From Eledone cirrhosa (Eukaryota), in contig OZ024741.1 in NCBI GenBank assembly GCA_964016885.1, positions 163,184,001-163,248,000 of the forward strand: a DNA stretch of 64,000 nucleotides. The letters run 5' to 3'. Position 1 is the stretch's first letter. Every line of letters starts with the position of its first letter. Below are positions 36,475-49,980 of this stretch, in pieces. The notes beneath the pieces are model-generated. The model did no database searches and was not told the origin of the DNA. It was given only the letters and a program-made list of their open reading frames with translations. Position numbers and translations under genes: made by a program.

Positions 36475-38537
36475 AAAAAAGTTGTTAAAAGAATGAGATT
36501 GAAAGCTTTGATTCTCGATGGACACTTTAACACGGACTCTACGGAACATTTTGATTTCAAAACTCATAAATACCCTCAAAGAGTAAAAGATATGACCGCT
36601 TTTGAACTAGACTTAGTTAATTTAATCAACAATATCAATTTTGGTAAGTACTCTAACTCTTTTCAATCTAAACTATCTAATGATATTTCAATATTCAAAT
36701 CTTCTAAAAATAAGTTCATTTTCTCCGACAAAACTAAAAACTTACACGAAGTTAATAATAATTTACATGACCAACTCTTAATAGATAACATCACCTCTAA
36801 ATACCAAATAGCTAACATAAACACGTATAATAATATAAATAAGGAAGCTAAAGAATTAGCTAGTTCTTTAAAAATAGATAATAGGACAGAAAAACTTGCT
36901 AAACGTAATGCCTATATCACTCTTAAAGATCACAAACCTGACTTTATTAATCGTCCTAGTTGTAGATTAATCAATCCTGCTAAGACTGATATCGGTCTTG
37001 ATAGCAAAAAATGTTTAAATAATTTAAACACACAGATTAGAAGTAAGTCTGAATTACTCCAATGGATAATTAGCTCTTCCGTAGTACATTGGTTTAATAA
37101 TATTAAAGATAAAAATAGTTCTAGATTCACCCAATTTGACATTATAGATTTCTACCCGTCTATCACTCAGCCTCTTTTAGCGAAAGCCTTAAATTTCGCT
37201 AGAAAGTTTACCAATATTTCTGATATTGAAGAGAATGTCGTCTTGCATGTTAGAAACACTCTACTCTCTACTGATAATGACACTTGGGTAAAAATATCTA
37301 ACCCAGAGAACCCATTCGATGTCTCAATGGGTTCTTTTGACAGTGCTGATGTTTGTGATTTAGTGGGCCTATTCCTCCTACACACACTTAACGAAATATT
37401 CCCTAACCATACGTTTGGGCTTTATGGCGACGATGGTCTAATACTTTCCCATACCACCATAGGCCATAAATTAGATAGATTAAGGAAAGACTTAATAAAA
37501 ACCTTCGCTAGTTTTAATCTTAAAATTACTATTGACACTAACCTTTCCAATGTTAATTTTCTAGATATAAACCTAGATCTGCCTACTGTTTCTTATAAAC
37601 CGTACCATAAACCTAATGAAAATTTAAAATATATAAATAAAGGCTCTTGCCATCCTCCTATAGATTTTAAAAACCTTATCCCTAATATTAGCCGTAGGAT
37701 CTCCGCCCTCTCTTCCTCAGAAGCTATTTTCAATAAGGCATCCCCCTACTATAATAAAGCCCTTCAAAATAGCGGATTTAGCGAACTGATTAAGTACATA
37801 CCCAACAATACTAACTCTTTTAAACATAATAATAGGAAAAGAACAATAATCTGGTCCACACCCCCCTACTCTCTAGCAGTTAAAACTAATGTAGGCAAAA
37901 ATTCCTAGAGATCTTAGATAAACATTTCCCTAGAACACATAGATACTATAAGATCTTCAATAGAAACTGTGTCAAAATTAGCTACTCCTGCGGTCCCCCT
38001 ATTAAATCTTATATCATCAATAAGAAATCACCCAGAGAACATCAAAATTGCTCCTGTAGAGTGAAAAGTGAATGCCCATTACAAGGTAAATGCAACACCA
38101 AAGCCATTGTATATGCGGCTAAAGTGACAACCATCAGCAACAACCTACCAGCCACCAGCGAACGATATGTGGGTATGACACAAGACAAATTCAAAACGCG
38201 TTATTACTCAAATGTCGCATCTTTCCGACATCCAGAAAAAAGATTCACAACAGCTCTGGCTAGCAGAATATGGGATTTGAAAGACCAAGGTATCCAATAT
38301 AAATTGGATTGGTCAATTTTGAACCAATCTAAAGAATATGCAAGAGGAAAAAGAAGATGCACACTCTGCATAAGTGAAAAATATTGGATTTTACAGAACC
38401 TTAAATCACCAAAAACCTGCCTAAATACAAAAACAGAAATTTTCACCAGTTACCCACATATGAAATCACACTTGCTTCCAGCTCACTTTCAGATACTTAT
38501 CCTCCATAAACTCTTGTTCTTCACTTTCCTTAAATGA
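36475..38537 (+). pseudogene. Near full-length Penelope-like (Naiad-like) RT plus GIY-YIG ORF, frameshift near 37900
   Basis: SDKT, TLKDHK, CRLINPAK, TQFDIIDFYPSI, DVSMGSFDSADVCDLVG, GLYGDDGL (YRDD mutated), VNFLDINLDL, SCHPP, IIWSTPP. Then KHFP, KISYSC, NCSCRVKSECPLQGKC, IVY..YVG, CTLC..EK, LN.K.E. Confidence 0.95.
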
Positions 38538-38799
38538 TCCTCTTTACAGACTTCTCTTTCTGATTTACTTTCATTGTTAACTTTATTTTCATTTTTATTT
38601 TTATTTTCACTTCACATTCACAAGTGACGCCCCCCCTCCCTACTTTTTTATTCACTTACCTAATATCTTCCAATTCCTGTCATTCATTCAAATCCCTGTC
38701 ATTCATTTCGCTCCATAAAACATAACGGGTTATAGTTTTATCTATGGGTTCTAGAATTATCGTCATAGTTTTGCTGGGGGTATATATATATACATATAT

Positions 38800-41190
38800 A
38801 CCCCCAGCAAAACTATGACGATAATCCCAGAACCCATAGACAAAACTATAACCCTACTAAAAAAAAACGAATGTCCCCTAACTCAAGACAGGACCCGATC
38901 CGCAAATCACAACCCACACAAAACCTATTCCAAAACCGTAGACCCCAACCCATACAAAACCTATTCCAAAATCGTAGATCCCTACCCACACAAAGGAACA
39001 AAATCTACAACCCGGACAATCAACAAACCGAACCTCAATGCGTCCGAAACTTCTATACAAGACCACACAACAACAGGAGAAATGCCATTAGATATAATAA
39101 TACCCATGAAAAAACCATTCAGAAAAATCATTTTTTAGACCAAGGCTACTACTGGACCCAAACCGGTCACAAACCGGTCACAAACCGATTTTGAAAAACC
39201 GTAAATAATCAACCTTTCAAATACAAACTTCTCAATCCAACAAATTAAAATTATTTCCAAAGGACTGAAATTCACACCAAAACCACCATACTCTAACCTC
39301 AATGAGATAAATGACGATATCTAACACTTCTGTAGACAATTACGTCTAACAGAGGAATTTTTTGACAAGGAGAATAACGATCAGTCAGTTGTGCGGAATA
39401 AAAGCAGCTACAACCCAACAAAAGGTAGAAACAGAGTTCTGGACAAATTTTGTGACCACATAGCAACTTTCCCATACCGCAACCTAAACCCAAACCCAAC
39501 ACGAGACGAAGGGAATGGGAGACTATCCATGAACTAGAAAACAATACGGACATTATAATTAAGGAAGCGGACAAGGGAAGTACTGTTGTCATTATGGATG
39601 CTGAACAATATAAAAATTCTATGTTCTCTACCAGCAATCAAAAACGATGACCAGATTAAACACATTCATTTGTCGATACCAGGAAGACTTAATTAAAAGG
39701 AACGCGATTATTTAACACATTTTGAATACAAAACCAGCAACCTTTACGAACTTCCGAAGATCCACAAGTGTAAAATAATTAACGATGTCTGTAAACAATC
39801 CACCCCAACCTGCGTGAAATTAAGACCAATTGTATCGGGCCCACAATGTGAAACACACAGACTAAGCAGCTTTATAGACATACTACTAAAACCAATTCTC
39901 AAACACATACCAAGCCTTGTAAGAGACGATCTGGACCTCTTAACCACCTCCCCAAACATGTCAACAACGACACTATTATTGTGTCTTTCGATGTAGTGAA
40001 TCTCTACACAACGATCCCACACCAATACGGACTAGAAACAATAGGATTCTAGCTAGAGAAATATCCCAATGAGATACCTGACAGAACAGAAACAAGTTTT
40101 ATCACCGAGAGATTAAAATTTATTTTACAGAACAACTTTTTTGATTTTGATGGCAGTACTTACAAGAAAATATCGGGGATTACGATGGGTACAAAAGCCG
40201 CTCCAACTTATGCCAACTTAGTCATGGCATACTTAGAAGTCCAGAATCAAAATACGGATTGAACTTCCACAAATATTTATCAGAGAACTGGAAACGCTAT
40301 TTGGATGATTGCCTTATTCTTTGGTCTCACACACTCGACTAACTAAATGATTTCAAAAATGTAATTAACGGCATCAATAACCACATCCAATTTCTCTTGA
40401 CTATTATCTTTTGTTTGGCACAAAATTCTCTAAAAGGCTACAAAATAAATTCCCAAATACGGGCGCGAAATTTAATGAACTTGTTCACGTGACTGGTATA
40501 ATTTAATTTATAACCTCCCTTTGTTTGAATAATTTTGTAACGCGAACTGGCGCGAAATTTATTATACTTATTCACCAACCAATCAAATTACTTATATTTT
40601 GGCAAGTTTTGCTCAACAAATAATTTTTTAAATTTTCTTATTTTACGTCTTTCATATAATTGTTCTGCACCCCCCTGCATAGAACCACAAAGGTACTAAG
40701 ACATAACATATATATTTGCTAGCATAGGTGTACATCTGTACACATATGTTGGTAAATGTACTAATTCTCTATATTTATTTCCAAATTATTTGTTGAGCAA
40801 AACTTGCCAAAATTTACTGCTGATTCATGGTAGTAGTAGGCTCTTGTCATAATACCACCCCGCTCCTAACTGATTAACCTCAGTTACACGTGATTGATTC
40901 TTTAGAATCTGCCACTGACCAGAGGCAGTGAATTTTTTCAGTGCTCCGGAATTTAGTCCTCGCTAGCTTTATTCCATCCACTGAATTATTATTATTTTTA
41001 TATGGGTTCCTAGTGTGTGGGCATCGCCTGGGAACTTAGCTGAGAATAGACTCCTTGATGACGTAAGGAATTCTCTATAGTTATATTATGTAACTATATT
41101 TATCCCCTTACAGAAACTAATTAGTTGGAGTGAAAATTTTAGTAAGTAAGTTGATTTTTAATTTTTAAAATTTTTTTATTTTACATCTTT
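38800..41190 (+). mobile_element. Decayed Penelope-like element of a different clade (Neptune-like RT) with 3' pLTR-like region
   Basis: Frameshifted motifs GLKFTP, IIKEADKGSTVVIMD, FYELPKIHK, LRPIVSG, FDVVNLYTTIPH, ILQNNFFDFDG, GITMGTKAAPTYANLVMAYLE, WKRYLDD (39200-40395). No endonuclease seen. Clade label is from recalled motif signatures. Confidence 0.85.
41050..41131 (+). ncRNA. Hammerhead-like motif (TTGATGA = U3-G8 core, long stem II, palindromic stem III)
   Basis: ACTCC-TTGATGA-C GTAAGG..TATAGTTA/TAACTATA..CCTTAC A-GAAA-CTAATTAG-TT-GGAGT. Confidence 0.8.
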
Positions 41191-41191
41191 C

Positions 41192-41227
<36 letters not shown>

Positions 41228-41242
<15 letters not shown>

Positions 41243-41443
41243 CATATCGACAGTCGATCGACAAGATCCCAGACCTCGTCAGATCGAAAAAATGTTTCAA
41301 ACTGCTAATCTACCAATCGATCGCAAGTCCAGGAAGAAGGAGCAGCATGACATAAACTGCCTTGTTCAAGGACATAACGCATCACCCGGTCCAGGAACCG
41401 AACTCATAACCTCACGATTGCGTATCCAATCAGCCACGCGCCT
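41228..41443 (-). mobile_element. CORE-like tRNA SINE; its head is duplicated in inverted orientation at 41865-41935
   Basis: Minus strand reads AGGCGCGTGGCTGA..GAGTTCGGTTCC..GTCCTTGAACAAGGC. Confidence 0.7.
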
Positions 41444-41510
41444 TTATATATATATATATATGTGTGTGTGTGAGTGTCTGTGTGTGTGTGTATACATATA
41501 TATAAATATA

Positions 41511-41588
<78 letters not shown>

Positions 41589-41642
41589 TATGTATATATA
41601 TATATATATATATAAGTATGTATATATATATATATATATAAG

Positions 41643-41866
<224 letters not shown>

Positions 41867-43099
41867 GGCGCGTGGCTGATTGGATACGCAATCGTGAGGT
41901 TATGAGTTCGGTTCCTGGATCAGGTGATGCGTTATATATATTGTTATGCTCTGGGTCATGTTGCCAATAAGAAACACACGCACCAGTTTCTTTCACTTTA
42001 ATTTATTATAAATTGAAGTGAAAGCATCTGGTGCGTGTATTTGTTATTGACAACATGACCCTCCCAAAGCATAACAATATCGGTTTCAACACACGTTTTC
42101 AGATAAAGAATCTTGCTAAACAAATTCAGAAACGAAATATATATTTATATATATATATACACTGTATTATAAGTTTGGTAGAATTATCCAACGGTAAAAG
42201 CACTGTCCTTAGAACGAATTCAGTATAATTAGTTACACCAGTCACATATACAGATACTTAAATATCTTTGGGTTATACCCCCCCCCCCCATCCATCCTGT
42301 TGTATAAGATGGCCACCCAACGAACATACTTAAACACAGAGCGAAAGGAAAATACTTGATATTTAATGGATTTATAAGCTCCGAAGGGATAAAATGCAGA
42401 TTTGAGCTCAGCTGGATTTGAACTGAGGGACCGAGAGCGCGGCATGCCGGAACAACATATTGATAAAGCTTCAAAAGGACTAAGAAAATGTACAGAAGTC
42501 TAAAGGCAAATAATACAAAATTCAATAATATGAATGAGAATGCATTGTGGCAAAGGGTGCATTATGAATAGAAATATATAGAACAGAAATACCGAAATAA
42601 GCGAGCTGAAAAGTGAAAGATAAATAGAAAGAGAGAAAGACCCAATAGGAAAGCCAATGAGTCGATTCTCAGATTGGTTAAAGGAAATAACATTTCTATT
42701 GGTCTTTCTATCGCTGATACTATCTTCATTTCGCATCTCGTGGCAGAAGCATACTGACCTTGAATTCAGAACGCGGAGAAGTAGATCAGACACTGCAAAT
42801 CATTCTGAGCGAATCTAACCATTTTGCCAATCCACTGTCACTTGATTGGTAATTTATTAATCGATCCCAGGATGATGAAACGCAAAGTTGACATCGGGGG
42901 TTCGGGCTGGGGTGAACTGAGAGAGCAAAGAGACGAGATAATATGTGTTAATGAATCCATAATTCACGATTCACATGTAAATGTAACGTAGTAACACACA
43001 GCGTACCTTGGGCATTTTACACATGGTGGAACACAGCTGAGGGAGAGATAGTGAGGAGAAGAAGCACATGAAAAAGAACTATAGAGAAAGAACTGGCCT

Positions 43100-43250
43100 C
43101 AGTACAGAACTGGTACTTCTTTTATCGACTTCGAAAAGATGAAAGACAAAGTTGACTTCGGCAAGCTTTGAACTCAGAGCACAGAAGGCTGAAACGAATA
43201 CCACACAACATTCTATCTGACGGTTTATTGATTTACTAATTCACCACTGT
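43100..43250 (-). mobile_element. SINE S1, diverged (other diverged pieces at ~42340-42460 and ~42845-42900)
   Basis: ACTGGTACTT..TTTATCGAC..GATGAAAGACAAAGTTGACTTCGGC..TTTGAACTCAG. Confidence 0.65.
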
Positions 43251-43685
43251 AAGATAGAAATATAGAATAAATAACAAAGGAAAGGTGCTAAAGTGAAAGT
43301 AGAACGGACATAAATTGAAAGAACGTGTCACTCAAAAATAAAAAAACAAGAAAAATGAAGACAAGAACCACAGAATGTATATAGCAAAATATTTTATAAC
43401 ATAATTATGGAAGAATTTGTAAGTTCACATTAGAGAGGTATGCTTCCGGCGTTTCTCACCCCTATGCCACTATTTCTCATTCTCTCTCTATATCCCACAT
43501 TTTACCAAATCATATCTGTCCTAAAAAAAATCACTATTATAGAGTACAAAAGCCATAAGTTACATCAAGTGATATGATGTCGAGAGAAATGTTAGTGGAC
43601 ATGTAATCATTAATTTACATGGTCGGGGTTGTCTGGGTATTATACATCACTAAAGGTCAAATTCCTAATTAATAAGATGATTTCT

Positions 43686-43742
<57 letters not shown>

Positions 43743-43773
43743 AGTGTAATTTTCTACACAAAACGAAGGTTAT

Positions 43774-44006
43774 AGAGAAAATTGAGGTTGGTAATGGCAC
43801 ATGGAATATATAAGAGACAGAATACTTTTTTGTGAAAAAACATAATTTTATAAGGTAAGGAAATAATAAAGGGTATAAAAAATGATTTTTTATACCCTTT
43901 ATTATTTCCTTTATTATTTCATTACCTTATAAAATTATGTTTTTTCACAAAAAAGTATTCTGTCTCTTATATATTCCATGTGCCATTACCAACCTCAATT
44001 TTCTCT
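43774..44006. repeat. Near-perfect ~230-bp palindrome
   Basis: Arms of ~110 bp, 3-nt centre at 43883-43885, with an ~11-nt duplication in the right arm. Confidence 0.9.
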
Positions 44007-44333
44007 CTATATATATATACATATATTTATTTATATATACATACATCCATATATATATATATATATATATTTATATATTATACATACATATATATATATA
44101 TTTATATATATATATATATACATACATACATATATATATTGAGGTTTGAGGTTCACCACTGTATAGAGCTGGTCTATTCCGTATGGTCAATCGTAATGCA
44201 ATAATATAGAGAGTACTCAACGTAAGGCAGTTCAACCGTCTTTGTTTTTGTAGTTGGTGGTGCTATTACGGAGTTAAATATTATAATGAAATGACAGGAG
44301 GCTGGATTTGTGTAAATCCTTGAAAGGTTTATT

Positions 44334-44391
44334 ATACTATGATCATTTCGAAGACCGGGTTCCGTATGAATCCGGTGATATCATCAGGTAT
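44334..44391 (-). ncRNA. Hammerhead-like motif (canonical CTGATGA, palindromic stem III) in a solo pLTR-like region (~44140-44850)
   Basis: Minus strand reads ATAC-CTGATGA-TATC ACCGGATTC ATAC GGAACCCGGT CTTC-GAAA-TGATCA-TA-GTAT. The base of stem II is unpaired. Confidence 0.65.
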
Positions 44392-45311
44392 TCGAAATAT
44401 AATACGTGAATGTAATAGATAAAATCCATGGGGCTGAAAATCGAGGACCCGAGGGCGACCGCTATTCTGTTCCTTCAACCTCAGCCGGTCGCCCTGGAGT
44501 GACGTGGCTAAAGTTTATAGTATGCTACTACAGGTCAGATAAACGAAAACTGAAAGGGATGGGAACATAAGTTAGCGTCAATCTCATGACACAAGGTAAA
44601 AGAAAGAAAGAAAGGAAGGAGAGAGAAGAAGGGGGAAGAAAGAAGAAGAGAAGCCAGGGTTAATGTCAGCTAAAAGAAGAAAGGCAACTACTACCGGTCA
44701 GATATAGGCAAGCAAGAGGGGGAAGGAAGATAAGTCTGCGGGAGGAAGACAGGAAGAGGGAAGAAGAGAAGGAAGAGAAGAGAGAAGTAGAAAAGGAAGG
44801 GTTGATGGCTACAAGAAGGAAGATAGAAAGAAAGAGGATGTAAGGTCTATATTAATGTCAGACCACAGTCAGGCCAGGAGTGGCGCGAGAAAATTTTACA
44901 GGGACCCGCATCTTAGCAGAGATGAATATATTGGGAGACAGTGTGTTACAGTGTTTAGACTTCTAGGATGAAGTTAAAAAAATTTATAATCAATATTCAA
45001 TATTAAAGAGGTTAGAAAATTTAAAGTTCAACAGTTTAACATTTTATTATACAATAGTTCCGATTTGTTCTGTAATTTAAAGGTACTATGTGGCGGTTAA
45101 AACACCGGCCGCGCCCCGGGCCCGTGGTCTGACTCTATATATATGTATATATATAGGAATAGAGTCAGGACCACGACGGCTAGGCTCCGGCCGTTTCGGC
45201 AGTTAGATCTGAATGCGTTCCACTTGGTTCCTTACCACACTATTAGTGACTGATGGGAGCCTTTATATATATATATATATATAGGAATAAAGGCTCCCAT
45301 CAGTCACTAAT

Positions 45312-45575
45312 TACCATGGTTTTGCACCTAGTCATTTTCCTCCGGGGCATAAGCAGTCGCCCATGCATACCAGTCTATCTCTCTACGCCACCGATGTTGT
45401 CGAAGGGAAAAGCAACGGCACCAATAACGTCGCAACTCATTTCTACAGCTGAGTAAATTGAAGCAACGTGAAATATATTGACATGCTCATGGACACAACG
45501 CACAACCCGCTCTAAGAATCAAACTCACAACCACTCAGTTGCAAGTTCGACGCCTTAACCACTAAGCCATGCGCA
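45312..45575 (-). mobile_element. CORE-like tRNA SINE
   Basis: Head GCGCATGGCTTAGTGGTTAAGG (A box)..GAGTTTGATTC (B box)..GTGTCCATGAGCA. Confidence 0.75.
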
Positions 45576-45598
45576 TTCAAACACAAAATTGTGAGTTT

Positions 45599-45599
<1 letters not shown>

Positions 45600-45691
<92 letters not shown>

Positions 45692-45707
45692 TATGTGTGT
45701 GTATATG

Positions 45708-45739
<32 letters not shown>

Positions 45740-45755
45740 TGTATGTATGTATGTA

Positions 45756-45804
<49 letters not shown>

Positions 45805-45831
45805 TTATATATATATATATATATATATGTG

Positions 45832-45919
<88 letters not shown>

Positions 45920-45924
45920 TGTAT

Positions 45925-45976
<52 letters not shown>

Positions 45977-46436
45977 GATAATAATGATGGCTGCCCGTTG
46001 CAAATGGTGGTGCATATGAAAAAGTGAGTCCTTCATCAGTGACCCTCCAACCGTCCCAGGCATTTCATCGCTTTAAGGGCCATATGCCTCAGATTGGTGC
46101 GAACAACGGCTAAAAAAAGTCGTTGGGACACGTAAATAAAGGGGACGTTAGGGTAACAAACAAAATGGTTTAAGCAACGGAAAGTGAGAAGAAATAGACA
46201 AGTCCCAGATCTCTATGAATATAAACTCGGTGAAATCGTGAACAAGAGACAAAACACCATCAAACCTGGCTGAAATGTGAGAAAGGAAGGAATTTCGCAC
46301 AAGTCTAACGGGGGGGGGGGGGAAGAAGAAGAAGAAGAAGAAGAAGGGGTCTGGTCTATATATATGTGTGTATAGGTATGTATGTATATATATATATGTA
46401 TAGGTATGTATATATATATATATATGTATAGGTATG

Positions 46437-46493
<57 letters not shown>

Positions 46494-46701
46494 ATAGGTA
46501 TGTATATATATATATATATATGTATAGGTATGTATATATATATATATATGTATATGTATGTATATATATATATATATATGTATATGTATGTATATATATA
46601 TATGTATGTATATATATATATATGTATGTATATATATATATATATATGTATATGTATATATATATATGTATGTATATATACATACATATATATATATATA
46701 G

Positions 46702-46755
<54 letters not shown>
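45600..46755. repeat. (TA)n/(TATG)n field interrupted by a dispersed repeat (~45980-46355, inverted homologue at ~63480-63800)
   Basis: Direct reading; 46025-46350 is the diverged reverse complement of 63485-63795. Confidence 0.85.
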
Positions 46756-46793
46756 GATGTTAGAAAAATCACAGACCCTCCATCTCAACTCTA

Positions 46794-46829
46794 CTTTTGA
46801 AAAGCAGAAGAACTGCGAAACCGGTAAAG
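46794..46829 (+). ncRNA. Minimal hammerhead-like motif (U3:A8 core)
   Basis: CTT-TTGAAAA-GCAG AAGAA CTGC-GAAA-CCGG-TA-AAG, with palindrome ACCGGT. Lies in a repeat at 46756-46965, homologous to 51568-51765. Confidence 0.75.
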
Positions 46830-47206
46830 GAACCAAATAAATATATATATTTTTTAAAAAATAAGACTCCAGTTGCTTTTTCGATTTCATCTTTTTTTCT
46901 TTATACTTTCACTCGTGTAGGACACCTACGTTATTTTTCATTTTGTAAAAAAAACCTCAGTTTCTAATATATATATATATATATCAAAGGTATATATTGA
47001 GTTAGAAACTCAAAATAGTCTCTTACAATTAAATAGCTCAAGGAAAGAGATTTTTCCGAACCGTATACTATAATTGGATATTATACAGATAGATAAACAC
47101 ATATACATATATATGTATATATGTGTGTGTGTTCAAATCGTAAAGGACCAGATTAAAAGAATAAATCAAGAAAATAACTACAAACCGATATTGAGGTAAC
47201 TACCAG

Positions 47207-47286
47207 ACACCCGGGCAGCTTTTGGTGAAACTGTTTCGCAATTTAAGTGAAGTGAATTACCAATTATTTTGCTCATCAGTGGGTGT
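47207..47286 (-). ncRNA. Hammerhead-like motif (canonical core, mutated cleavage triplet)
   Basis: Minus strand reads ACACCCA-CTGATGA-GCAA...TTGC-GAAA-CAGTTT..AAGCTG-CC-CGGGTGT. The triplet is GCC rather than GUC. Confidence 0.7.
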
Positions 47287-47873
47287 AAAATTAGTAAACT
47301 CTTCACATCTAGGTATCTCGGGAGATTGAATAGTGTGCGTATATAAAATAACGCACATGGCATCAGAACCTAGCGTGTCTCATAAACGTAGCAGCCAAGT
47401 TTACTCGACATTTGAATTAGCTCAATAAATTGAAGGAGCCGAATATATCAAAGGTATATATTGAGTTAGAAACTTAAAATAGTCTCTTACAATTAAAGAA
47501 AGATTTTTTCCGAGCCGTATACGATAATTGAATATAATAGGGAGAGATAGACACAGGAACACATATATGTATATATATATATATATATATATTAAGACAG
47601 GGGGAAGAAAAAATGGCTTCACTTGTCAAACAGTTTGACAAGCGCACCTCAGCGTGAAAGGTCTTTCTAAAAACGAAACAATACCTCCTACGTTAACCAA
47701 GAACTCCTAAGACCTAACCAACAACCAACAACTTAATTTATAAAATAATTTCTTTTAAGAAAAATTATTTTTGGATTTTGTGAAGAAAATAAATTTGTTG
47801 AAAGCACAGGTGAAGCCATTTTTTCTTCCCCCCGTCTTAATATACCTAACTGTACCAAGGATTACACACATTT

Positions 47874-47935
<62 letters not shown>

Positions 47936-49810
47936 TTCTGAAAGCATGTGTGTATATGTGTGTGCCTGCATAATCTATGTATCGTTGTGATTTTAACATT
48001 CGAAGCAAACCTTGAAATGTTAGCTCATATTCTGTATAGGTTGTTCAGGGACACTAGCTATCGGCAGCTGAAGTCATTACCGATGGCATTAAACCTTCAT
48101 TTCAAACGAATCCATTTGTTCACAATTGAAGTAGCATGCGTAAGTGTTAAGGAATCAGGGAACAAGATTATAAGACTCATGATAAAGATAGCTGCTTACA
48201 CCACCTAAAAGCATAAAATCTAGTCAAGAAAACGTTTTCCACATTAACTCCCTAAAGGAGAGTAAGTATTTTGCGTAGGTTCTTAAGATACAGAAATATC
48301 ACCTCACAATTGTTATTATCAGAGAAAGGTTGCAAATCCGAAAAACTCGTTTTACTGTAAACCTTAAAGGTAATGAGAATGGGAGAACAGTGTGAAATAT
48401 TTTCCCTAAATGGTTTATATACTAACATAGATTATTGGGAATACATATTCATTTCAGCATTGGTTGAACTGAAGCCAAATGTAAACTAACATTTATATGA
48501 TAGTATATTTTTAGGTTTTTATCATTATTAATTGGAACGAGTAAACTAATATTGCTAGCACCAGTCGGCATATGAAGCGCAAACACAGCACGAGGCATAT
48601 TGTTACACCAGTGGATGTCTTGAAATATCAAAGCAGCCACAACCAGTAAAATATACTTTTAGAACAGTATGTTTCATGTATTTTTTTGAGAAACTGGTCA
48701 ATAAAGACAAATTGTGGACGCCCACATTCTGTCTGCTGAATATGCGTCATAAATCTGAGGCAACTGAATGAATCAAAGGGAAAATCTAATAAACGTCGCT
48801 GGGACAATGCTCTGGAGAGAAGGGAACATACAAACATATCTTGATTATTCTTGCATATTTGATATTTCTGGACATAGCACCAAGACCAAATCGAAGACAA
48901 ATTTCCTAAACATGCCCTCGGAACTAGGGCACGAACGTCATTGTAACAGAGTACTCCGTTTTGAATTTAAGAAATTTGATTTATTTAAGAAATTAGATTT
49001 ATGTATTTATTTATTATAGAAGTATATTTCCAATTCGGGAACATTTGTATATTTACACCCGCTGCATCAGTCGTTCTACCAGACAGATCCTCTTTCTCCA
49101 GTAGGATGTACTCTTCCAGATTTAGCGGATGAAAATTAGATAAGTTATATCTAATCTAGAGGATGAAACATACATGCAACCTACTGATACACGAGGAGCA
49201 CCTAAACGCTTCAACCATTTTGAATTAAATGTTTTGTGTGCAATTCTGTTCATTCAAACATCTCAGCATAAATATGTGGATTTAAGCTGAAAAAAAAACT
49301 TTCTAGGTTTGGGAACATTTAGATTTTAGAGAAAAAATAGTATGTTGTTCAATTCGAGCAAACCTATAATCAAAGGCGTTCCATTCATGACTATCCCATT
49401 CTCTTCTTTATTTAAGCAGAGTGCATCTATCACCAATGTGTCCTTTATTATTGAAGGCGTCTGAATATTATCGTGAAGGAAGTTTGACTGCTATTTCTTG
49501 CAGGGGAAATGAACGATATAGTTACTTCCTCATTGGCTCACAAAGAGAACTAGAAGCTATAGAAGAGTTCATACTATCGATATTTCTCTCCTCATAATCA
49601 GACACCCTGGACCTCAGCTACACTGTTACTTGGACTCATTAGTGTCACATTGCTCACCAACACACTTCAATCTTAAGCCCACAAAAGTGTCGCATCCTCA
49701 TTATACCTTTTCCACAGGGACAACAGTGTTCTCTGCACTTTGGATCTGGCTAATCCTGTACTACTACTACTACTCTGGCATTCTCATCCTCTCGTCAACA
49801 ATTCTATCTA

Positions 49811-49980
49811 CCGTATTTCCCGGCATCAAAGACGCTATTTTTTTTTCCTAAAATAAGTCTTAAAAATCTACCTTGGGTCCTGGAGGCCGGAGGTTGTTTA
49901 TTATTATTTTTTTAATTTTTGGTTGTTAAAATTAGGGCTCGTCCTTGAGGACGAAGCGTCTTCGGCGCCGGGAAATACGG
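49811..49980. mobile_element. Tc1/mariner-pogo type MITE (170 bp)
   Basis: TIRs CCGTATTTCCCGGC / GCCGGGAAATACGG flanked by TA on both sides. Confidence 0.9.

Noticed and set aside
36493-37908. Bacterial retron, group II intron RT or telomerase
   Set aside because: Motifs and the downstream GIY-YIG with CCHH-type residues identify a Penelope-like element; the context is eukaryotic repeat DNA.
44859-45131. Putative MITE with CAGACCAC/GTGGTCTG ends
   Set aside because: Only ~8 bp of terminal complementarity and no matching TSD.
45500-45575. tRNA genes at the A/B-box sequences (also 59490-59571 and 61155-61230)
   Set aside because: These are SINE heads continuing into SINE bodies; no complete cloverleaf.
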